Positions 8,020 through 15,813 of a DNA stretch of 43,840 bases are shown here, in pieces (position 1 is the stretch's first letter; each line of letters opens with the position of its first letter). Both the position numbers and the translations under genes were made by a program. The notes below the pieces were generated by a model. It had not been told where the DNA came from. It made no database searches and worked only from the letters and a program-made list of their open reading frames with translations. Source of the DNA: a virus (taxonomy: Duplodnaviria; Caudoviricetes); IMG/VR virus record IMGVR_UViG_3300031949_000077, positions 1 to 43,840 of that record. One strand, given 5' to 3'.

Positions 8020-8790
8020 TTAGGAATACTCCTCCGCTTCTTTTCGTGTTAAAACGAAATGTATTCCGTTGGTACATTCTAGACGGATATCACAGTCAAA
8101 AGAATCGGGCCTCACTATCTCGTTGACTTTGTATTTTGTTTCTCCTTTATACGTGTCAAATGCCTCTTTTATGCATTTATTTCCTGCCAAAGCATATAGC
8201 CTTAATACTTTGACATAACCAGCCCTGCATTTTCTCCCAAGTAGCCCGCCAATTCGTTTGGCTTTTTGAGGAATTAGTAATTCGGCAATTACACCGTTTT
8301 TAAGGCGCTTAAATCCGGTAAACTCGCCTTTTTCAGGGACTATGGAAAAATTTCCAAGAATGGAGACCATCAAATTAGCTTCCCGCAAATCAGCTCCCTG
8401 CAAATCAGCTCTCCGCAAATCAGCTCCCCGCAAATTAGCTCTCCACAAATTAGCTTCCCGCAAATCAGCTCCCCGCAAATTAGCTCTCCACAAATTAGCT
8501 TCCCGCAAATCAGCTCTCCACAAATGAGCTTCCCGCAAATTAGCTCTCCACAAAGTAGCTTCCCGCAAATCAGCTCCCTGCAAATTAGCTTCCCGCAAAT
8601 CAGCTCTCCGCAAATTAGCTTCCCGCAAATCAGCTCTCCGCAAATCAGCTCCCCGCAAATCAGCTTCCCGCAAATCAGCTCTACGCAAATCAGCTCTCCA
8701 CAAATTAGCTCTACTGTCTCCTATCTCATTTAGCCAGTCTTTGTGGTCTTTTAGTATCTTTGACAGCTCTTCTTTATTGATTATTCTCAT
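8020..8790 (-). CDS. Pentapeptide-repeat protein with DUF5758-like C-terminus
   Basis: 23 A(D/N)Lxx units; C-terminal KCRA..VKV...FD.D...[12 protein letters not shown]. Confidence 0.9.
   Translation of the reverse strand: MRIINKEELSKILKDHKDWLNEIGDSRANLWRADLRRADLREADLRGADLRRADLREANLRRADLREANLQGADLREATLWRANLREAHLWRADLREANLWRANLRGADLREANLWRANLRGADLRRADLQGADLREANLMVSILGNFSIVPEKGEFTGFKRLKNGVIAELLIPQKAKRIGGLLGRKCRAGYVKVLRLYALAGNKCIKEAFDTYKGETKYKVNEIVRPDSFDCDIRLECTNGIHFVLTRKEAEEYS
8371..8711. repeat. 15-bp coding tandem repeat (CAAATYAGCTYYCCG-like)
   Basis: Directly visible array encoding the pentapeptide repeats. Confidence 0.95.
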
Positions 8791-8850
8791 TTTATTACCC
8801 CTTATTATAAGTTACTGTATAGGTCATTTTAGTTATTGTTAGTCTTTTCA

Positions 8851-9027
8851 TCACTCCTCCTCAATATCAATTATTACGTCCCGATACTCGCTAGATTCAT
8901 CATCAGTTATCCTCGTATTCTTACTCCCACAAAAAATACAGTGATATATAAATGTCCTATGCTTATAGTTGTGCCAGTGTGCGTCAAAAGAATTGTTACA
9001 TGAATAGCAGTATCCAAAGACTTCCAT
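8851..9027 (-). CDS. Small Zn-ribbon protein (58 aa)
   Basis: Manual ORF with CYSC and CIFCGS; GGAGG RBS. Confidence 0.6.
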   Translation of the reverse strand: MEVFGYCYSCNNSFDAHWHNYKHRTFIYHCIFCGSKNTRITDDESSEYRDVIIDIEEE

Positions 9028-9039
9028 TTAGATTACCTC

Positions 9040-9870
9040 CTATACGTGGTGTTCTACTTTCCAGCCTGTTGGTATGATGGCTGTTTGCGTGTCTGGTCGG
9101 ATAGCCAAGCTAGAATTCCAGAGTCCAGCCGAGCTAGAATCATAGAGTTCAGCCGAGCTAGAACCATAGAGTTTGGCCGAGCTAGAATCAGAGAGTTCAG
9201 CCGAGCTAGAACCATGGAGTTCAGCCGAGCTAGAACCATAGAGTTCAGCCGAGCTAGAATCACAGAGTTTAGCCGAGCTAGAATCATAGAGTTCAGCCGA
9301 GCTAGAACCATAGAGTTCAGCCGAGCTAGAACCATAGAGTTTGGCCGAGCTAGAACCATGGAATTCAGCCGAGCTAGAATTCCAGAGTCCAGCCGAGCTA
9401 GAACCATAGAGTTCAGCCGAGCTAGAACCATAGAGTTCAGCCGAGCTAGAACCATAGAGTTTGGCCGAGCTAGAATCATAGAGTTCAGCCGAGCTAGAAC
9501 CATGGAGTTCAGCCGAGCTAGAACCGAACAAAATCACCTGTCCTTCTTCCACTTCATGATGACCGTCGAAAAATACCCTTTCTTGAATAAACTTATTCAC
9601 TTCAGCTTCGATGACTGCTCTATAGTAATCAATACCTAAGAACCATTCAGGCCAATTATCTTGATCTAGTCTAAGTTCCCAAGAGGATAAATCTTTGAAG
9701 ACTTTTTCAGTATACGCGGGTGGTGTGAATTCAACCTTTACAAAATCAGGTGTTAAATCGTCATCCTTAATTTTGTAATGCTCTAATATATCTGAATGAC
9801 TAGCAGAATCCTTTAACCATAAGATATTCTTACCTTTATTTGCTATAACTGCTGAAAAGAAATTACACAT
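9040..9870 (-). CDS. Octapeptide-repeat (G/D/N-SSSA-x-L-x) protein, probable beta-solenoid
   Basis: MCNFFS..SHS..L N-terminal domain, then 17 full 8-aa repeats plus one partial; AAGGAG RBS. Confidence 0.8.
   Translation of the reverse strand: MCNFFSAVIANKGKNILWLKDSASHSDILEHYKIKDDDLTPDFVKVEFTPPAYTEKVFKDLSSWELRLDQDNWPEWFLGIDYYRAVIEAEVNKFIQERVFFDGHHEVEEGQVILFGSSSAELHGSSSAELYDSSSAKLYGSSSAELYGSSSAELYGSSSAGLWNSSSAEFHGSSSAKLYGSSSAELYGSSSAELYDSSSAKLCDSSSAELYGSSSAELHGSSSAELSDSSSAKLYGSSSAELYDSSSAGLWNSSLAIRPDTQTAIIPTGWKVEHHV
9107..9524. repeat. 24-bp coding tandem repeat with invariant core GCCGAGCTAGAA
   Basis: Directly visible; 17 full units plus one degenerate. Confidence 0.95.
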
Positions 9871-9885
9871 TTTAATTGTCTCCTT

Positions 9886-10242
9886 TTATTGTCCCTGTCT
9901 GCTTTGTGACCCATCAGCTAACTCTAGCTTCCACCCTTTCGGTGTACCTTCTTTTTTAATTATCCTTCTGTCATGTTTACCTTCTGATTTAACAAACGCC
10001 AGAGCATCAGCTTTTGAGGCAAACGGGATCGAAATGGCATGGTTAGTGTCATAATACAGGGACAATACGACGTGACAATTTGGATGTTCGTACCAATCCA
10101 ATCCCATAACATCCCATAAGCACATCTGTTTTCCATCAGTGAGAAACGAGCATTTCCCCACATTCTTATAAACGTCTGGTTGATCAAGAACATCTTTGAA
10201 GTGATTCCACATCTTATTTCTTAAGTAGTAATTTAGTTTCAT
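9886..10242 (-). CDS. Hypothetical early protein
   Basis: 118-aa ORF with RBS in the minus-strand early cluster. Confidence 0.65.
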   Translation of the reverse strand: MKLNYYLRNKMWNHFKDVLDQPDVYKNVGKCSFLTDGKQMCLWDVMGLDWYEHPNCHVVLSLYYDTNHAISIPFASKADALAFVKSEGKHDRRIIKKEGTPKGWKLELADGSQSRQGQ

Positions 10243-10246
10243 TGTT

Positions 10247-10399
10247 TTATCTCCCTATTTCGGCACCGTAGTCTGGTGCCTCTGGATTCACGGCAGGATA
10301 ATTTTGAGACACGCAAGAATCACAAAAACATTTTGAGTCATGTCCCAACTGGCAAGCAGGTAACATCAAGAGTGCAAAAAATAGACATGCCTTTATCAT
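10247..10399 (-). CDS. Possible small lipoprotein (50 aa)
   Basis: Manual ORF MIKACLFFALLMLPAC-QLGHD; lipobox-like LPAC; GGAGG RBS. Confidence 0.45.
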   Translation of the reverse strand: MIKACLFFALLMLPACQLGHDSKCFCDSCVSQNYPAVNPEAPDYGAEIGR

Positions 10400-10400
10400 A

Positions 10401-10604
10401 TTAATAACCCTCCCCATCAATTAGTGGAATAATTGGTATCCAATTCAATCTATGGTGTGGTTTTGATTCTTGTTTTCTGATATATCTTGCCCGTGATTCT
10501 CTACTTCCCCACTTTTTAAATCCCACATCCCGTTCCAGATTTTGTTTTGCATACAATTCAGGTTTATAGTTTAAGCGATCAGCAAAACTTAAGCGTTTAG
10601 TCAT
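10401..10604 (-). CDS. Hypothetical basic protein
   Basis: 67-aa ORF; TAAGGGG RBS. Confidence 0.6.
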   Translation of the reverse strand: MTKRLSFADRLNYKPELYAKQNLERDVGFKKWGSRESRARYIRKQESKPHHRLNWIPIIPLIDGEGY

Positions 10605-10626
10605 ATAATCCCCTTATTATCTAAAA

Positions 10627-10797
10627 TTACATCGAACCAACAACTATTAAAATCCCTGTCAAAACTATCATCACTGAGGCAATAATCATGCCAGTGTCCC
10701 AAAACTTAGGTTCTCTTACTCTATATTTACGTGGTGCTCTTTGGTATTGTTTTTCAATCAGTTCTCTATATTTAGCTGTTTCATCAATGGTTTTCAT
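10627..10797 (-). CDS. Small protein with C-terminal TM helix (56 aa)
   Basis: Manual ORF ending MIIASVMIVLTGILIVVGSM; AAGGAG RBS. Confidence 0.55.
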   Translation of the reverse strand: MKTIDETAKYRELIEKQYQRAPRKYRVREPKFWDTGMIIASVMIVLTGILIVVGSM

Positions 10798-10809
10798 TTT
10801 ATTCACTCC

Positions 10810-11295
10810 TTAGTAAACTAATTCCGAACCTTGGAACCTATTGTAAGTTTCGCCTGGTAGGCGTCTAGAGGCAAAACAACTTAGTCCATCACTCTTTACC
10901 TCTTCAATCTTTTCCCTTAGACTTAATCCGTTCCAGTATTCATATATCGCGTTGGATTGCCTTTCTGAATAGTCGTCCTCACTTAGAACGGGATAGTCAT
11001 TAATAGCCTCTATAATTGCTTCGGCTTCCTTTAGTTTATGACTAGTGGGGCTAATTAGCAGATATTCTACCCAACCAACCGCCCAATGCCCGTGTCTAAT
11101 AATCCTAACCCCATTTCCTTCACCGCCTAGGCGCTCTAATGCTATCGCCCAATTTGAATCGGTTAAGATGTCACTATCTCTAGTCTTAGTTAATATGTGG
11201 TAGTGGTCGAATCCTTCTTTACTTCCGGCATAGTTTGACATAGAATCAAAATTGCTAGAATACACACCATTTAATAATTCGCCTAATGTTTTCAT
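10810..11295 (-). CDS. Conserved-looking early phage protein of unknown function
   Basis: RDSD.L..SNW, HWAVGWVEYLLI, DYPVL.E.DYSE motifs. Confidence 0.7.
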   Translation of the reverse strand: MKTLGELLNGVYSSNFDSMSNYAGSKEGFDHYHILTKTRDSDILTDSNWAIALERLGGEGNGVRIIRHGHWAVGWVEYLLISPTSHKLKEAEAIIEAINDYPVLSEDDYSERQSNAIYEYWNGLSLREKIEEVKSDGLSCFASRRLPGETYNRFQGSELVY

Positions 11296-11312
11296 TTTAA
11301 TACCCTCTTTTT

Positions 11313-11480
11313 TTAGATTAATTTCTGATTAATTACTTCAATTGCTTGTCTTGCTATTTCAAGCCCTAGATCATCCTTGCCATCATCAAAAGCTTTTTCA
11401 ATCTCTGTCCATATATCAGGATAATTCACACTTATGAAGGTCATTTCTGCTACTCCAAGCCCTTTCTTATCGTATGACAT
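11313..11480 (-). CDS. First early gene, hypothetical (55 aa)
   Basis: Manual ORF MSYDKKRLG...; AAAGGAG RBS directly after the sigma70 promoter. Confidence 0.65.
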   Translation of the reverse strand: MSYDKKGLGVAEMTFISVNYPDIWTEIEKAFDDGKDDLGLEIARQAIEVINQKLI

Positions 11481-11515
11481 ATGTTTTCTCCTTTACGTCG
11501 TTTTTGCTTAGCCCT

Positions 11516-11557
11516 ATCATATCATGAGGTATACCACTTTGTCAAGGGCTTTTTTTG
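11516..11557 (-). promoter_or_regulatory. Host sigma70-type early promoter
   Basis: TTGACA (11545-11540), 18-bp spacer, TATGAT (11521-11516) with extended TGn; A-tract upstream. Confidence 0.8.
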
Positions 11558-11734
11558 TACTGCTTGTATACCAGCTATTTTCAAGGCAAATTGTTACAAT
11601 CACTACCCCGACATTCATGCGCATTCATGGGGTAAGCTCGTGATTGCGTATTTTGTAGCTAAACACCGGCATTTGTAGTGTATTGTTATCAAAACCTCGT
11701 AACAAGAGCTAATATTAGTATAATTAACACTATA

Positions 11735-11778
11735 TATAGCTATAGCTATAATTATAGCTATAATTATAATTATAGCTA
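11735..11778. repeat. Seven tandem TATAGC/TATAAT hexamers forming overlapping 22- and 24-bp perfect palindromes
   Basis: Directly visible in the sequence. Confidence 0.9.
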
Positions 11779-12382
11779 ACTAACTACAGTTAATTAAAGA
11801 ATAGCTACAAGGGGTACTCTGCTTTATGTGAACTATTTCACATTATATTACTCATGAGCGAAACAACCAGGGGCCGTTTTGCTATTGTTTACAGTTGTGG
11901 TGTCTACATGAACTCACAAAATGTTGGTGTATCTGTATACCACTACCCTTAGCGTCAACTTGATGCGTATAGTATTGCGTTTAGTCCTCTCTCTCCTTCT
12001 CACCACTAAAAAAGAGCTAGTTCACCATCACCCCACTAATTAATCACTAGCTTAGTTTAATTGGGCACCTGTGGTGCATTTCTAAATAAGCATTCTTTTT
12101 TAGTACATAATGTTTTTCGAATCCCCAAGGGGGGTTTGTATATGTATATAACCCAATCTACCGCCAGCAAAAAACAAAAAGAGTAATAACCCCTCACACT
12201 CAATGCTTTTCAAAAAGCAACCTACCCCCCACGGAACCAAGCTGCCATTTAGCTACCCCCCGTACCACTGATTATCAACGATTTTCAGCAGCGCAAAAAT
12301 AATTTTAAAATATTTTTTTCCGTTGAAAAATCCTCATCATGAAGTAGTTACAACAGCTATGTCACTAAAAACCTGCTCGGGG

Positions 12383-12416
12383 TTTGGTGAATATACCCTA
12401 TTTTAAGAGGTATAGT
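12383..12416 (+). promoter_or_regulatory. Putative phage-activated promoter, copy B (late/structural operon)
   Basis: TTTGGTGAATATACCCTATTTTAAGAGGTATAGT, ~50 bp upstream of the terS ATG; near-identical to 7289-7322. Confidence 0.75.
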
Positions 12417-12465
12417 GTAGGGATAGTTTTGTTGCTATTATATCTGGTAGAGGTAAAAGAATTAG

Positions 12466-12912
12466 ATGGCTTTCCATGAACATTTCGAAATTGACTCAGT
12501 AACTGGCTTTTTAACCCCAAAGCCGAGTGCACGAATAAAGAACGGCTTTACCTCTCAACAGAAGGTTGAGTGGTTAGATCAGTACAGACAGTGCGCCAAC
12601 TTCACCAAATCGGCAAAGGCTATTGGGGTTGCTGTTGATACAGTTAGGGACCACATCAACGGCGATGATAAGTTTAAACAAGCCTATAAGCTCATGCAGA
12701 CAGAGTTTAACAACAATGTAGAAGAATCTCTCTATCTTGCGGCTGTTAAGAGTAAGAACGTTACAGCGATGTTTGGCTGGCTTAGAGCCAATTACCCCGC
12801 TAAGTACAGAGAAGGCTATACAGACAAAGGACCAATTAAGAGCGAAAGACTGGACAATCTATTAAACACACTAAAAGACGAAATAAAGAAAGATGGAAAG
12901 AAGGATAGATAA
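12466..12912 (+). CDS. terS: Terminase small subunit (HTH)
   Basis: FTKSAKAIGVAVDTVRDH HTH, VEESLY..A, NVTAMFGWL..NYP.KY; first gene of the structural arm. Confidence 0.75.
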   Translation: MAFHEHFEIDSVTGFLTPKPSARIKNGFTSQQKVEWLDQYRQCANFTKSAKAIGVAVDTVRDHINGDDKFKQAYKLMQTEFNNNVEESLYLAAVKSKNVTAMFGWLRANYPAKYREGYTDKGPIKSERLDNLLNTLKDEIKKDGKKDR

Positions 12913-13072
12913 GCCAGTTACACAGTCTATAAGAGAACGGATAGAGCTAGTGCTTATAGAAGAAGTAAACAAGACAGAGGGTATACAACAGTTTATTCAA
13001 CAAGCAACAGATAGACTTCTGGAGCTTGTTATTGACGAAAGGAACTATGGGCAACGATTCCGCAGCCATTAA
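12893..13072 (+). CDS. Hypothetical helical protein (59 aa)
   Basis: Manual ORF MERRIDKP...; fills the gap between terS and terL-N. Confidence 0.5.
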   Translation: MERRIDKPVTQSIRERIELVLIEEVNKTEGIQQFIQQATDRLLELVIDERNYGQRFRSH

Positions 13073-13769
13073 AGAGCTTAAGGCCAAATGTAAGACAGAT
13101 CTCAGGTTTCTCTGTAAACACATTCTCGGCATGAAAGATTGGGATGACACGCTTCACGGAGATCTAGTAAGAGAGCTTAGCTTACCCACCAAGAACAAAC
13201 TCCTGTTGATTCCTAGAGGTCATTTAAAGAGTTCTATTGTTACAGTAGGCTGGTCTATCCAACAGATCCTAATAGACCCCAATGTACGTATTTTATTAAC
13301 CAATGCGGTCTGGGATCTATCAAGAAAGTTTTTAAGGGAAATATCAGGGCTTCTTATGGACAAGAGCCCCCTTTCAGATATTTTTGGGCAATTCAACAGT
13401 AAAGGGTCAAAATTCACTGAAGACGAGATAACAATCTCACAGAGGACTACCGGCACTGTTAAAGAACCCACTATCATGAGTGGTGGTGTAGAAAAGGCCA
13501 TCACAGGTGCGCACTTTGACATAATCATTCATGACGATTTAGTAGAAGAAAACAACGTTGGTACACCTGAACAGATAAAGAAAATTATCCGGTTTAGACA
13601 GAACTGCCTGGACTTGCTTGATCCAGGGGGTTCTGAAATTATTATTGGAACCAGGTGGGCCATGGGTGACTTGTATGGATATCTCATTGAAAATGAGATG
13701 ACAAGTCTAAACGGGAAAGAAGTGTCTCCAGACCAGAGAGCTAACTGGAGAGAGTTACTGACACCTTAG
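13047..13769 (+). CDS. terL: Terminase large subunit, N-terminal ATPase domain only
   Basis: Walker A variant IPRGHLKSS, ITGAHFDIIIHDD (Walker B), coupling motif IGTRW..GDLYG; TAG stop ~30 aa later. Confidence 0.9.
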   Translation: MGNDSAAIKELKAKCKTDLRFLCKHILGMKDWDDTLHGDLVRELSLPTKNKLLLIPRGHLKSSIVTVGWSIQQILIDPNVRILLTNAVWDLSRKFLREISGLLMDKSPLSDIFGQFNSKGSKFTEDEITISQRTTGTVKEPTIMSGGVEKAITGAHFDIIIHDDLVEENNVGTPEQIKKIIRFRQNCLDLLDPGGSEIIIGTRWAMGDLYGYLIENEMTSLNGKEVSPDQRANWRELLTP

Positions 13770-13780
13770 GAGAACTGCTT

Positions 13781-14062
13781 GTGGGGATCAGCGCACCGTC
13801 TAGTACGGTTAATATCTATTTAACGACATTATCTACGACATTTACAGAAACTAAGATTATGGTTACTAACCCGAGTACAAAGACCTATGACTTGGGGTTT
13901 ACTATTGAACCAGGAACTGATGTGGTCATATTAAATGGGCTTTATCAGATTAGGGGAGTAGGGGAGAGTTACCAACCAAGCAGTACCGCAATTATTTTTA
14001 ATGCGGATACAGTTTTGACTGTAGGCGACGAGATTGTCGTTTACTACGAAAAACAGCTCTAG
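13781..14062 (+). CDS. Beta-rich putative virion accessory protein
   Basis: VILNGLYQ..G..Y......I.F.....GDEIVVYY domain, also present in the next gene; GTG start with AGGAG RBS. Confidence 0.6.
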   Translation: MGISAPSSTVNIYLTTLSTTFTETKIMVTNPSTKTYDLGFTIEPGTDVVILNGLYQIRGVGESYQPSSTAIIFNADTVLTVGDEIVVYYEKQL

Positions 14063-14071
14063 GAGGCTATT

Positions 14072-14635
14072 ATGGCTAATACACAAATACGTGGTACTAC
14101 ACAAATAATTGACGGATCTATTGAGAATGCACAAATCGCAGCAGATGCTGCAATTGCTTATGCGAAGCTCGCATTAGCCTCCTCAATTGTTAACTCCGAT
14201 CTTGGTGAAGATATTGCGACGGCTAATCTTGTAGAAGGTGCCGAGTTCTTAAAACGAGATGGTTCGGTCGGTCTTACTGCAGCCTTAGACGCAGGTAACT
14301 TTAAAGTAAGCAATCTCGCAGATGGAACACTGAATACTGACGCTGTTACCAAAGGGCAACTCGACACAGCGATTGCTGCTATTGAGGTAGACACGAACGT
14401 TGTCAATCTTGATGAGGTAGTTACTCGTGAGATCCCAACTGGGCTAGTTAATTCACTCAATGCTATCTTTACTTTAGCAGCTATTCCTGCAATAGGGACT
14501 GAGCATGTTTTCTTAAACGGCCTGCTTCAAGATGCTGGAGCTTCTGAGGACTACACAATCAGTGGAGACACGCTTACTTTTAGCCAAGCTCCCCGTACTG
14601 GGTCAAAACTGCGGGTAAGCTACCTTAAACCTTAA
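14072..14635 (+). CDS. Putative fibre/decoration protein with trimeric neck motif
   Basis: KVSNLADGTLNTDAVTKGQL (YadA-like neck) and VFLNGLLQ...DYTISGDTLTF..AP..GS.LRVSY. Confidence 0.7.
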   Translation: MANTQIRGTTQIIDGSIENAQIAADAAIAYAKLALASSIVNSDLGEDIATANLVEGAEFLKRDGSVGLTAALDAGNFKVSNLADGTLNTDAVTKGQLDTAIAAIEVDTNVVNLDEVVTREIPTGLVNSLNAIFTLAAIPAIGTEHVFLNGLLQDAGASEDYTISGDTLTFSQAPRTGSKLRVSYLKP

Positions 14636-15030
14636 TGGGTCGGACTGAACTACATTTATCACAGATCCTGAATACTGAGCAGTATGTTCTAAATGAGTCG
14701 GAGCAAAGCACAGTCTCTACCACATTTGTTCCTGCTGCCAGTATTTCAGTCTCTTCTCCTGGTACGACGTATGCTATTTTTTTATCGGCTGAAGGCTTGG
14801 CAAGCACCACTCAGACGCAGTTAGAGGTTCAACTTTTAGTGAATTCCGATATCGTAGCATCGTCGTTTATTGTGCCTATTAAGGACAATAACTATTGGTA
14901 CCCCTACTCTACGATGTACATTACGGGATTGGTACCTGGGACACATGAAATATCTTTTCAGTTTCGAGCAGCAAATGGCACCTCAGTGTCAGTTCGTCGT
15001 GTGCGTATATTCATTATGGACTTGAGCTAA
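14635..15030 (+). CDS. Beta-sandwich hypothetical (probably structural) protein
   Basis: Ser/Thr/Val-rich; LVPGTHEISFQFRA; TAATG coupling. Confidence 0.6.
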   Translation: MGRTELHLSQILNTEQYVLNESEQSTVSTTFVPAASISVSSPGTTYAIFLSAEGLASTTQTQLEVQLLVNSDIVASSFIVPIKDNNYWYPYSTMYITGLVPGTHEISFQFRAANGTSVSVRRVRIFIMDLS

Positions 15031-15031
15031 T

Positions 15032-15328
15032 ATGAGAGATTCCGGTATACCGACAATAATTAATGGGACGCTGCAAAATGCTAGTACAGAGTATGTAATT
15101 ACTTTACCATTGAACTACCACAAACTCATGGTACAAGCTCGTACTAATGCTGCAGTAAAGATGTCTTTTGTTGCTGGGCAATCGGGTACGAATTATTTAA
15201 CGATTAAAGCTGGTAGCAGTTACTTCGACGATAATTTGCACTGCAACCAAAATCTATATGTTCAAACAGAAACTGCTGGGACTATATTAGAGGTTCTTGC
15301 CTGGTCAGGTGGTCCAGATGCAATTTAG
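15032..15328 (+). CDS. Small beta-rich hypothetical (probably structural) protein
   Basis: 98-aa ORF with alternating beta-strand pattern. Confidence 0.6.
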   Translation: MRDSGIPTIINGTLQNASTEYVITLPLNYHKLMVQARTNAAVKMSFVAGQSGTNYLTIKAGSSYFDDNLHCNQNLYVQTETAGTILEVLAWSGGPDAI

Positions 15329-15560
15329 TAACGATTCTGACACTCTCTTAGCTTTAATTTATCAAGTGCTCCAGACTCGATTTGGAAACAGTGGCGGACC
15401 GGTGGATGACATCCGAAGTAAGCAGACTGATGAGAAGTTTGATTTAGCAGCATTAAAGAATGAATATATTAATGAGTTAATTAGAAATAGCTTTAAACCA
15501 GTTGTCTCAACTCCTCTTCCGCCTGTTTTTAGCATGTCTAATATTACTGATAAGGAATAA
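15318..15560 (+). CDS. Hypothetical protein (80 aa)
   Basis: ORF from MQFSND; AGGTGG RBS. Confidence 0.55.
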   Translation: MQFSNDSDTLLALIYQVLQTRFGNSGGPVDDIRSKQTDEKFDLAALKNEYINELIRNSFKPVVSTPLPPVFSMSNITDKE

Positions 15561-15567
15561 GACTGCC

Positions 15568-15813
15568 ATGGATGAACAAATTGATCCCGAGTTGCTTAAA
15601 TTTTTAGAGACCCTTCCTCCCGAAGTTAGGGACATGCTAATACAGGACTTCATTAACTCGAAGTCTAGGATGGAAGGGCAAGGTGTATTTACTCCAGGAG
15701 AGAATGGCTCCTATATAGAACCCAGACAGGAGATGATGCAGGAACCAATATTAGTGCAGGCTATGGAAAATCAACGACGGAAGCGGTCAAGATCCATTGG
15801 GCCAACTAACTAA
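15568..15813 (+). CDS. Hypothetical protein (81 aa)
   Basis: ORF from MDEQIDP; TAAGGA RBS; TAATG coupling to terL-C. Confidence 0.55.
   Translation: MDEQIDPELLKFLETLPPEVRDMLIQDFINSKSRMEGQGVFTPGENGSYIEPRQEMMQEPILVQAMENQRRKRSRSIGPTN

Noticed and set aside
9107-9524. CRISPR array
   Set aside because: Units are contiguous 24-mers without unique spacers, lie in frame within a CDS, and no cas operon is present
8342-9639. Alternative-frame and antisense ORFs over the two repeat arrays
   Set aside because: They stay open only because the repeat unit lacks stops in those frames; no RBS context
12112-12140. tRNA fragment / attP (TTCGAATCCC resembles a T-arm)
   Set aside because: No cloverleaf or matching 5' T-stem, and no integrase in the genome
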